A stretch of 64,000 bases of DNA from Candidatus Doudnabacteria bacterium (GTDB lineage Bacteria; Patescibacteriota; Doudnabacteria; UBA920; O2-02-FULL-48-8), in contig JBDTSL010000002.1 of NCBI GenBank assembly GCA_039931165.1, forward strand, positions 71,134 through 135,133, read 5' to 3'. This document shows, in pieces, positions 50,460 through 58,482 of the stretch; position 1 is the first letter of the stretch, and the number at the start of each line of letters is the position of its first letter. The notes beneath the pieces are model-generated. The model was not told the DNA's origin, made no database searches, and saw only the letters and a list, made by a program, of their open reading frames with translations. The translations under genes and the position numbers were made by a program.

Positions 50460-51196
50460 GAATTTGCTTTAGCCAGCGCCAAAATATCCTTTTGGTACTC
50501 GCAGTCTTCGCAGTCAGCCGTATATTTCGGGAGCTTATCACTATGCAGTAATTTCTTAATATCCATCAGCGCCTTCTCTATCCATTTATCGCTTCCTTTG
50601 TATGGCAGAACCGTGATCTCAAAATCAAGCCTTCCGTCAAAAGCCTTTCTGTCTTTTTTACCGTTGCAATACACAAAGTACCCGGTATTGGAAACCTTGA
50701 AGCCATTCATCCGCAGAAGCCACTGGTAAACTTCCATCTGCCGCTTATAACTCATCTGCCAGTCGGCATCCAGCGTTACTTCGTCATTTTTTGATGTGGC
50801 CTTGTAATCGGCCACGATCAGCTCCCCGTTTGGCTTGACCCAAACATCATCCACCGCGCCGGTAACATAGAGATTGGTTTTTTTATGGTGAAATTGTACG
50901 CCTTTAAAATTTTCCCTCCATTCATTCATCTTTTCATGCGGAAACGGAACCGCATCAATCCCGTATTTTTTTAACAGCGGGTGCTTGCTGCCCTTGGCGC
51001 GATGAGCATCGAATTCCTGTTTCAATAAATAGTCTACCGCGTTATTCAGGGTATACGGAGCGCAGCCCGACGGGCCGATGTTCAGTTTTCTGTCCAGATA
51101 AAAACACCGCGGACAGCGGACAAAGCCTTCTATCCCCGACCGGCTCATTTTATATGAATCAAGCGAGTCTTTATCGTATTTTCCTCGATATGGCAT
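50456..51196 (-). CDS. Cas4/RecB-like PD-(D/E)xK nuclease with 4-Cys cluster
   Basis: 246 aa; N-terminal 'CPRCFY' and C-terminal 'ADCEDCEY' cysteines; 'GAVDDVWV...GELIVADYKATS' matches the RecB/Cas4 motif II-III (IVDYKTG). Confidence 0.7.
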   Translation of the reverse strand: MPYRGKYDKDSLDSYKMSRSGIEGFVRCPRCFYLDRKLNIGPSGCAPYTLNNAVDYLLKQEFDAHRAKGSKHPLLKKYGIDAVPFPHEKMNEWRENFKGVQFHHKKTNLYVTGAVDDVWVKPNGELIVADYKATSKNDEVTLDADWQMSYKRQMEVYQWLLRMNGFKVSNTGYFVYCNGKKDRKAFDGRLDFEITVLPYKGSDKWIEKALMDIKKLLHSDKLPKYTADCEDCEYQKDILALAKANS

Positions 51197-51233
51197 ATAT
51201 CCTATGTAATTAAAAGCGAAGCTGGCGCGCCGC

Positions 51234-51632
51234 CTACTTATTCAAATAAGTAATTGTTAGTTGTAAGACCGTCGCGAACGATACCCACAGAAGATATGGA
51301 ATATTGGCATAGACAATCCACCGAAAATGCGGATAAATGGCCACCAGCGCCCAGATGAGCGTAGCGAGCACCAGTACTATATCTATAGCCGCGAGCAGAT
51401 TATTTTTTAACCCGAACTGCAAAGGAGTAAAAGCAAAATTAAAAATCAGGTTAAGTACGAACGGCAAGGCGACTATCCAAGGTAATTTTCCGGTAAAAGT
51501 TTTGTAGAAAACAGTGCCGAAACTAACCGCAATGATCGCGTACAGCACTGTCCACACCGGGCCGAAAAGCCAGCTCGGCGGCGCCCACGCCGGCTTTATG
51601 AGAGTTGAATACCAATTGTAAGCTTTATTCAT
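51234..51632 (-). CDS. tspO: TspO/MBR family tryptophan-rich sensory protein
   Basis: 132 aa, 4-5 TM; 'LIKPAWAPPSWLFGPVWTVLY' conserved N-terminal motif. Confidence 0.8.
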   Translation of the reverse strand: MNKAYNWYSTLIKPAWAPPSWLFGPVWTVLYAIIAVSFGTVFYKTFTGKLPWIVALPFVLNLIFNFAFTPLQFGLKNNLLAAIDIVLVLATLIWALVAIYPHFRWIVYANIPYLLWVSFATVLQLTITYLNK

Positions 51633-51714
51633 ATTGGTTTAATTATAAATTATTTTTTCGAATTACGCCTGCCTGCCGGCAGACGGGTAATTGCCGCCGG
51701 AGGACATGAGCTTT

Positions 51715-51746
51715 CTCGGACTCAGCCCGAGCACAATGCTCTCGGG
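51715..51746 (+). repeat. element E2 (related to E1); overlapping alternative hairpins
   Basis: ctcggactcagcccgagcacaatgctctcggg: ctcgg/ccgag and cccgag/ctcggg stems are mutually exclusive. Confidence 0.55.
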
Positions 51747-51764
51747 TCCGCACCTGTGGATAAC

Positions 51765-51834
51765 TTGACATCTAAGGTCTACCTATGCTATAATTGAAAT
51801 ATAAATGGGGACTGCGTAGCGGGCCCCGTTTTTT
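51765..51834 (+). promoter_or_regulatory. consensus sigma-70-like promoter (TTGACA-18-TATAAT) followed within ~40 nt by a hairpin + T6
   Basis: ttgaca 51765-51770, tataat 51789-51794; ggggac...gggcccc followed by tttttt at 51829-51834; no ORF downstream on this strand. Confidence 0.5.
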
Positions 51835-52090
51835 ATTTTGGAAAAATCATAATTCCATGTCCTATAATCTTGCCTTTTGAATCTTTTCTTAGTTTACTCT
51901 TAATAACTTGAAAATCTTCTTTGCTTTGTTATTTTATATATCTCATCCACCAACTGCATGGATTTCTGCCACACTATCAAGTCTTTGAAATTATGTATAG
52001 TCATGGTTTTACTTAGGGTGGAGGTTTGAGCGCCCAGCGCGCGGTAGGTTTGAGGTTTCAGCGCCCACCCGAGGGTTCATTCTGAGCGCT

Positions 52091-52145
52091 CCCCCCTGCA
52101 CCCTGACCCCTACTTTCCTGACCCCTCGGCGCTGACCCCTTCCCC
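52091..52145 (-). repeat. G-run cluster (GGGGTCAG x3 plus further G4-6 runs), potential G-quadruplex, minus strand
   Basis: On the + strand: cccccc...ccc..cccc...cccc...cccc..cccc within 55 nt; embedded in a GC-rich 170-bp tract (51980-52150) with gcgccca repeats inside AT-rich DNA. Confidence 0.5.
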
Positions 52146-52152
52146 TGGCAAT

Positions 52153-52515
52153 CTACCCTCTTTTTCGAACGTTTACTTTTATATAACTTATTTTCGGAAT
52201 TCTTTTTAGAAATGCTCTATTTTTTGACATAATAGTTACTTTGGCGACCTTGCGGCCAGAATGCCATCCAAGCTTAGGCGCGCCATTTACTCTCGGAGCG
52301 TTCACAAATTTTGTATGATTACAATTTTTACAGGCTGTAACGAAATTTTCAATTCCATCATATCCACCCTTACTGACTGGAATGATATGGTCTACGTTCA
52401 ATGAACTAGATTTCTTCCGAACACCGCAATAACCGCAAATATATTTATCCCTGATATATACTCGCTTTCTGAGTGCTGGCTGGATAGTCTTTCTTGTTTT
52501 ATCCCTAAATGCCAT
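52153..52515 (-). CDS. HNH endonuclease
   Basis: 120 aa; 'CGYCG...NVDHIIPVSKGGYDGIENFVTACKNCNHTK' canonical HNH with Cys4 zinc site. Confidence 0.8.
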   Translation of the reverse strand: MAFRDKTRKTIQPALRKRVYIRDKYICGYCGVRKKSSSLNVDHIIPVSKGGYDGIENFVTACKNCNHTKFVNAPRVNGAPKLGWHSGRKVAKVTIMSKNRAFLKRIPKISYIKVNVRKRG

Positions 52516-52641
52516 TTGTTTTCTTTAAATTACTTCCTTGGCAATCCTCACCACTTTCGCAATATTTTTTTTCATATTTTAATTATTGAAATTTTAATAA
52601 ATATAATAACAACTTCTGATTAAAGTTCTCAGGCTAAGAAT

Positions 52642-54078
52642 TTATGCTTCCAAATCAGCATTCTCTAATACAATAAGTGCCTTATTCTTATCAACTAAAT
52701 TCAAATTAAATCCTGTTTCGTCATAAGATAATCCATGTACCCACCCAATTGCAGACATTGTGTGCTTAGCGTGTTTTAGATAATTACCTCTCACGTTCTT
52801 TGCTGTTACCCCTTTAGTTTTATCGAACTGTTTATTGAATTGTTTAATAAGTAATTCTTGCTCAGGCTGGGTTAATTTTCTAAACATGAGTACCAAATCA
52901 CGAATAAATAATAAATCAGTCATAGAATCAGCGTGCATTACAAATAGATAAAATTCTTCCAAACTTATATATTCTAGTTCTAACAATAACTTTATTATAA
53001 AACTTACCATATTTACTCCACCCCAAGTCATCATGGATGTGTTATTAGTATAAATATCTTTCTCACAATCCAAATTCTTACAAACAGCAAATTTAATACC
53101 CGATTCTGTTAAGGTTAATTTGGAGTTATCTTCTTTATTCTTATTCTTGAGTAAATGGGTTGCTAATCCCAACCTTATTAAATAATTTTTTTCTTGCCTA
53201 ATAAATAAGTCTCTAGGTCTTGTTTTATGTTTTTTCTTTTTAAATTTAATTTTAAGGCTGTTAAGAATAGTTATTAATTCTTTACTTTTTTTTGATATAT
53301 CAATATAACCCTTTTTACCTAACTTAGACTTAATTAAGATAACAATTTTTTTTAAGTTGGAGACTAAATTATTATCAATGTAGCCTTGGTCTGGAATAAT
53401 GTACCACCCTCTCCAGAGTGAATTTGTAAAATCACTTTTCACCTGTTTTTTCTTTTTAGAAATACCTATCCAAGATTTAATAAAATCAAACAGTACTTTT
53501 GATACTTTTTTGCTTTCGCTAGAAAATTTAACAATTTCAATTTCTTTTTTCACTTCTCGTTTTAGTCGCTCTCTATCCTGCCATTCTTTAAGAATTACAT
53601 CAGTTACTTCAAAACACTTATCATTATCCCAAAGATATTCAAAAAACATTAAAGATTGTTCAACTGTATTGTTTTTATTTGATTCGGGATCAATAAATAT
53701 ACTCGCTTCTACATTCTGCAAAAAAGCCGCTCTACTAAAGTTTGCAGATCCAACCAAACAGACCCAGGCTCCATTTTTTTCGGAAAGCCACATTTTAGGA
53801 TGAAAGGTGCCTGCTTCAAATTTGCATATTTTAACTTCAACTCCAACCCCTATCAACCTTCTAATTGCTGTTGGTTGAGTTATATCCATATCATTGCTAC
53901 ATATAATTCTAATGTCTCCCTTATTGATAATGATGGATTTCAAATCATCAATTAACATATCAACACCACTATTTCTAATATATGCTACAGCCAAAAATAA
54001 CTTATCGCTATCTTTTAATAGTTCCTTTATCTTTTTTAGATGATTGGGTAGAGAAATGATCTGATTTTGAATAAACAT
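52642..54078 (-). CDS. PLD-family (HKD) nuclease domain protein with long uncharacterised C-terminal region
   Basis: 478 aa; N-terminal domain 'LFLAVAYI...HPKMWLSEKNGAWVCLVGSANFSRAAF' = single HxK...GSxN PLD motif (BfiI/NgoFVII/Nuc-like). C-terminal ~300 aa Lys-rich, no match. Confidence 0.6.
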   Translation of the reverse strand: MFIQNQIISLPNHLKKIKELLKDSDKLFLAVAYIRNSGVDMLIDDLKSIIINKGDIRIICSNDMDITQPTAIRRLIGVGVEVKICKFEAGTFHPKMWLSEKNGAWVCLVGSANFSRAAFLQNVEASIFIDPESNKNNTVEQSLMFFEYLWDNDKCFEVTDVILKEWQDRERLKREVKKEIEIVKFSSESKKVSKVLFDFIKSWIGISKKKKQVKSDFTNSLWRGWYIIPDQGYIDNNLVSNLKKIVILIKSKLGKKGYIDISKKSKELITILNSLKIKFKKKKHKTRPRDLFIRQEKNYLIRLGLATHLLKNKNKEDNSKLTLTESGIKFAVCKNLDCEKDIYTNNTSMMTWGGVNMVSFIIKLLLELEYISLEEFYLFVMHADSMTDLLFIRDLVLMFRKLTQPEQELLIKQFNKQFDKTKGVTAKNVRGNYLKHAKHTMSAIGWVHGLSYDETGFNLNLVDKNKALIVLENADLEA

Positions 54079-54087
54079 AAGGACTAT

Positions 54088-55332
54088 TCAATATTTAACC
54101 AAGTATTCATAAATATCTTTTAATAATTCTCGATTGTAGTTTTTCATTCCACCAGCGAGATCACCTTTATACTTAACATTTTTTCCGTTTTCGGCATGAA
54201 TAAAATTATGATCGAAATCTTCAAGATCTATTTCGTTTTCTGTTATATTAAGAATCATATTCCGGTTTCCATTTTTCCCTATTTCGGCATGCTTATTCTT
54301 TTCTAGGTATAATAAATTTTTCCAATGATCAATCATTTTTAGTTCTTCTTTGTTACGAGCTGCATTAAAAGGAACAATATGATGCAATTCAAAACTAATG
54401 GATCGCTTTATGCTGTGTTTCACAAAATATTCTTGTTTAGCTCCTAGGCTTCTGAGCTGAACTCTGACATCAGAAAATAAACCATAACGGCCCGTATTTA
54501 AAGTTAAACTATTACGAGTAATTTCAAAATATACAGTATTTTTTAAAAGGCTAAATATTTGTTGGGACTCGTTCTTCCAATTATGGAAATCGCGGTCGTC
54601 CGTTTTGGATCCAGAAAAATTAACTGGATTGCAATATAGCTTTATTAAATCTATGGCTTTATTTTGCTGCCAACGCTTTAAACTACGATAAGAATCAATG
54701 AGTACAATCTTAAACTCTTTGGGAACCCCTTTTCTGTCATCAGATAAAATAAACATAAACTCATAAATACCTATCGGATCGTTTTTATAATTACTATAAT
54801 ATAAAGTTTCCGCTAACTGAGTTATTTGATCTTGAAATAAAACATCTAGCGCATCGGTGAAAACCTTATATTTGATCGAAATAGATCTGGTTGTGGCGAA
54901 TTCAGTAGCTTTTTTAGTTAACCCGCAATAGAAAATTTGACCTCGTGTCCCAATATCTAAGAGGTTTTCATTTTTATCATATCTATCCAAAAAACCCATT
55001 CTTTGAAAATCAACAAAAAAATTTTTCTTAATAGAATTAACTGTCCCAATTCCTATACTACTTTTAACTTTTTTAACTATTTCATAATACTGTACACAAT
55101 CCCTCTCCCTCGTACCATCATCATCACCTAAGGGTATCCTGAATTTACTATTCCCTACTACACTATGAATTGCCTCAACTATTCCAGATAACCTATCCAA
55201 ATCATATCTATTGTGTTGGGATATATGTAACCCGCGATAATCCTTATCTTTTATTCTTTCAACTATATAATGCAAAAATAAGTTATCTTTGTCTATCGAT
55301 AATATTTCTTTCAGAATATTATTTACGTTCAT
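54088..55332 (-). CDS. HNH-like nuclease domain protein, putative restriction endonuclease
   Basis: 414 aa; C-terminal 'SFELHHIVPFNAARNKEELKMIDHWKNLLYLEKNKH' HNH-type His-Asn-His pattern; start overlaps the upstream MTase stop. Confidence 0.45.
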   Translation of the reverse strand: MNVNNILKEILSIDKDNLFLHYIVERIKDKDYRGLHISQHNRYDLDRLSGIVEAIHSVVGNSKFRIPLGDDDGTRERDCVQYYEIVKKVKSSIGIGTVNSIKKNFFVDFQRMGFLDRYDKNENLLDIGTRGQIFYCGLTKKATEFATTRSISIKYKVFTDALDVLFQDQITQLAETLYYSNYKNDPIGIYEFMFILSDDRKGVPKEFKIVLIDSYRSLKRWQQNKAIDLIKLYCNPVNFSGSKTDDRDFHNWKNESQQIFSLLKNTVYFEITRNSLTLNTGRYGLFSDVRVQLRSLGAKQEYFVKHSIKRSISFELHHIVPFNAARNKEELKMIDHWKNLLYLEKNKHAEIGKNGNRNMILNITENEIDLEDFDHNFIHAENGKNVKYKGDLAGGMKNYNRELLKDIYEYLVKY

Positions 55333-56110
55333 TTTTATTCAAACTCTTGAGACGATTACTGGCTATTTTAACATACTCCTTATCTGAATCATTACCAACA
55401 AAATTACGTCCTAGTTTCGTGGCGGCCACAGCAGTTGTACCGCTACCTATAAAACAATCCAATACTAAATCACCTTTATTAGAACTCGCCAAAACCATCC
55501 TCTCAATCATATCTAAAGGCTTCGGGGTCAAATGAGGCAGCTTCTGTACCTTACCATTAACCTTGTGCTTGTGTCTTTCACTGGTTATATGCCAAACTTC
55601 GCCTACTACCTTGCCTTTTTCATTAGGAAACCATCTTTTCCCGTTTTTTAGGATTCCTCTAACCTTCGCATGTTCAATTCTCTCTGTTGAATCATAGGGT
55701 ACTCTTACATCATTATAATTAAAAGTGTGGTTATGCTCTTTGGTGAAAAAAAGAATAGTTTCTTGACCATTACTGTACCTTTGCTTTGCGCTACCTAAAC
55801 CGTCGCGTTTATCCCATGTTATCCAATTTTGGAATACTAATCTTCTTTTTATTAAATACTCTAAAATAAATGCTGAATTGTATGGTGTATTAAATATATA
55901 AATGCTGGAATCTTTCTTAAGTTTTGGAATGAGTGCGTCTATCCATTTAAATGTAAACTCTAAAAACTTTTTATGGTTTCTAAAAGTATCCCAATCCGCC
56001 TTATGCATATTATAAGGGGGATCTAATATAGCCAAATTAACAGTATTATTATCAATTTGTTTTAAAAAATCAAAGCAATCTAAATTGTAAATTTTGTTAA
56101 TTTTAAGCAT
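55319..56110 (-). CDS. DNA methyltransferase, beta-class amino-MTase (N6-adenine or N4-cytosine)
   Basis: 263 aa; motif IV 'DPPYNM' near N-terminus, motif I 'DLVLDCFIGSGTTAVAA' near C-terminus (beta-class order). Confidence 0.85.
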   Translation of the reverse strand: MLKINKIYNLDCFDFLKQIDNNTVNLAILDPPYNMHKADWDTFRNHKKFLEFTFKWIDALIPKLKKDSSIYIFNTPYNSAFILEYLIKRRLVFQNWITWDKRDGLGSAKQRYSNGQETILFFTKEHNHTFNYNDVRVPYDSTERIEHAKVRGILKNGKRWFPNEKGKVVGEVWHITSERHKHKVNGKVQKLPHLTPKPLDMIERMVLASSNKGDLVLDCFIGSGTTAVAATKLGRNFVGNDSDKEYVKIASNRLKSLNKNERK

Positions 56111-56726
56111 TTATTATAAATTCTTTTAAAATTTCACTCATTGGTTCTAAGTCTGGAACTGCTTTTGTGTAAGCAGGATTAGGCATCCAGCTTGCAAGTG
56201 GAGGTAGCCCAATTGAGTACCCAGCAAGGCATACACTTTTGTCGTCATCTAATAAAAATGCTTGTACATAAAAATCTGCCTTTGAATTTTGTTTTTGATC
56301 AATTAATAAATTAAGGGGCATTCCGTTTAATTTTAGTCCTTTAAATATTTGGTCTAAAGATACTTTATTATTTTCGTAAGTTTTTATATCAATGGTCTTA
56401 TTTTTGATTTTAAACTCAAATCCCTCATCAAATTTCCCAATGACAATCCCATAAGAAAACTCTACTCTTTTATGAAGTATTTGCCATCTGTCTAGGGGTT
56501 CAATCGCTCCAAAATTATTATTGAGGTAACTAAAAATATATTCTAAAAATGCAAGTTCGCCTAAAATTCCCGTCTTAATTTTATTGATATGTGATATTTT
56601 TTCGTAACTACCATAGCCCCGGCGTGGATATTCAAATAAACTCCTTTTCTCGGCCACATACTCGGCCACATGGTTCATCTCGTCTGTTATAGCTATAACT
56701 ATTAGATTACTCTTATTTACAGACAT
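56103..56726 (-). CDS. hypothetical protein sandwiched between the two MTase genes (possible restriction/nicking subunit)
   Basis: 207 aa; overlaps both neighbours (translational coupling); 'GILGELAFLEY' plus Asp/Glu/Lys-rich segments; no confident motif. Confidence 0.4.
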   Translation of the reverse strand: MSVNKSNLIVIAITDEMNHVAEYVAEKRSLFEYPRRGYGSYEKISHINKIKTGILGELAFLEYIFSYLNNNFGAIEPLDRWQILHKRVEFSYGIVIGKFDEGFEFKIKNKTIDIKTYENNKVSLDQIFKGLKLNGMPLNLLIDQKQNSKADFYVQAFLLDDDKSVCLAGYSIGLPPLASWMPNPAYTKAVPDLEPMSEILKEFIINA

Positions 56727-57556
56727 AATTTTAATTTGATAACTTTTTCATAACTCTTGGAGATTTCATAACCAACATATTTCCTATCTAACTCCTTGGC
56801 CACTTTTAATGTAGTCCCGGAACCGACAAATGGGTCTAGAATGAGTTCTCCAACGAAACTATAAAGTCTAACACATCTTTTAACTATTTCCTCTGGCATA
56901 ATTGCTGAATGCTCACCAAAGGCAATGTCCCCTCTGCCTGGGATTGGAATATTCCAGATTTGCTTTGTATATTCTATCCACTCCTTCTGAGTCAATTTGC
57001 TTCGTTCTTTTATTTTATGAGTAAAATTATTTTCAGGGATACCATCCTTGACATAAATTGTAATAAACTCTGTCGTATTCTGGGCATAAAAATTTCTAGG
57101 AAATGGGTAGCTCCCAAACATAAGTCTTTTACTAGGATTTGTTCTATTCCAAATAAATAAATCCATTAAATATAAATTGGTATTTCTTAAAATAGAATGC
57201 TGAATATCGCTATTGATATCAAAAATATGCCTATTATAATGTGTAGTCATGTTCTTTTTCAAAATTGGCATTAAGGGGCTATTTATAGCGATTTTTCCAT
57301 TCGGTTTCAGCACACGATGGCATTCTTCCCAAACTTTTAGCATCTCTTCAATGTATTTATTATATTCCGGAATGTCTCCTATTTGGCCATTTACTTTTTC
57401 CGATGTTTTATTCTTTTGATAACCATCGAGTGAATAATCCTTAATGTTAAAATAGGGCGGGCTGGTGACGATGAGCTGAACAGAATTATCTGGAAGCTCT
57501 TTCATCATTCGCGCGTCCTTAAAGAATACCTTATTTATGTAATCAATTTGTTTCAT
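56717..57556 (-). CDS. DNA methyltransferase, beta-class amino-MTase (second)
   Basis: 279 aa; motif IV 'SPPYFN', motif I 'ILDPFVGSGTT'; ParB-less, MTase only. Confidence 0.85.
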   Translation of the reverse strand: MKQIDYINKVFFKDARMMKELPDNSVQLIVTSPPYFNIKDYSLDGYQKNKTSEKVNGQIGDIPEYNKYIEEMLKVWEECHRVLKPNGKIAINSPLMPILKKNMTTHYNRHIFDINSDIQHSILRNTNLYLMDLFIWNRTNPSKRLMFGSYPFPRNFYAQNTTEFITIYVKDGIPENNFTHKIKERSKLTQKEWIEYTKQIWNIPIPGRGDIAFGEHSAIMPEEIVKRCVRLYSFVGELILDPFVGSGTTLKVAKELDRKYVGYEISKSYEKVIKLKLCL

Positions 57557-57667
57557 CGATACCTACTGACGCTACTATAATGCCATAAAAACTCTAGATT
57601 GACAATAAAAATAGCGGCGTTTTTTCTGCAAAAAGTCAAATTCATTCCCTCAAGATTAAAGCTTAGA

Positions 57668-58234
57668 TCAACCAGTAAAACCAATCGTCCGTGGGTTACT
57701 GGAATATTCCAAATCCTTCAGCAAACTGACGTACTCTTTCAGCATTTCCGCCGGGATGTTTTCCTGCGCCGTATCCAGAATCAGATTATAGTAGGCCATC
57801 ATGTGCTGTCTCGAGGCATTAAACTTATCCCAAAATTTGTCCCCGTAAATTTTCAGGTTGTCTTTCAAGTCCCGCATATTGGATATAGCATCCGCGGATT
57901 TGAGAAACATGGCCATTTTTGACCGCCCCATCCGGACAAGTACATCATCTTTCCGCTTGATCCAATCCTTGATCGCTTTATTTTCGGTGACCATATCCAC
58001 CAGCTCGGCCACACCCGGCCCGAACTCCTGCCGCATTTCTTCCGATGTGTATTTGGTATCCTCGATGGTATCGTGCAGGATCGCTGCGGCGATAACCTCT
58101 TCGTTTGGAGTAAACCTGGCCATCAGCATGGCGACTTCCAAAGGATGGACGATGAACGGTGTTTCCTCATCCTTGCGCAGCTGGCCCTGATGCAGGGTCA
58201 TGGCTTTAATTGTAGCTTTTCTGACTAATCCCAT
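57668..58234 (-). CDS. HD-domain (p)ppGpp hydrolase-like protein (small alarmone hydrolase, RelA/SpoT HD family)
   Basis: 188 aa; 'FIVHPLEVAMLM...AAILHDTIEDT' is the RelA/SpoT hydrolase HD signature. Confidence 0.75.
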   Translation of the reverse strand: MGLVRKATIKAMTLHQGQLRKDEETPFIVHPLEVAMLMARFTPNEEVIAAAILHDTIEDTKYTSEEMRQEFGPGVAELVDMVTENKAIKDWIKRKDDVLVRMGRSKMAMFLKSADAISNMRDLKDNLKIYGDKFWDKFNASRQHMMAYYNLILDTAQENIPAEMLKEYVSLLKDLEYSSNPRTIGFTG

Positions 58235-58482
58235 ATTTTTCCTTTCGTTTAAAAATTAAAAAACTCTTCCCACGAGGAAAGAGAAATAAAAAATCGACCA
58301 TTTATCTTTCCCCGAAGGGCTGAAGTTGGCACCTTCTTTAGGTTATCAATCTAAAGGGTTGCCGGTAGGGTCATAAGGTCAGTTCCTTCGCCTACTCTCT
58401 TGATAGTTAACTATTCAATTGTAAATTAATTATACTCCTATTTCGTAAAATAGTCAAATTTTACCACAATTTCTAATACAAA
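58235..58482 (-). promoter_or_regulatory. long structured 5' leader with intrinsic terminator (riboswitch/attenuator-like) upstream of the HD-hydrolase gene
   Basis: Minus-sense: ...aggagtataat... then multiple helices (cccuucgggg UUCG tetraloop; cuuuag/cuaaag; gaagg/ccuuc pairs), then cucuuuccucgugggaagag+UUUUUU about 45 nt before the ATG. Confidence 0.45.

Noticed and set aside
58235-58482. SRP (4.5S) RNA or RNase P RNA
   Set aside because: Partial resemblance (GAAGGAA and GGUCA-AGGUC segments) to the SRP domain IV consensus could not be extended to the conserved GGAA-tetraloop helix. It is treated instead as a gene leader pending a covariance-model search.
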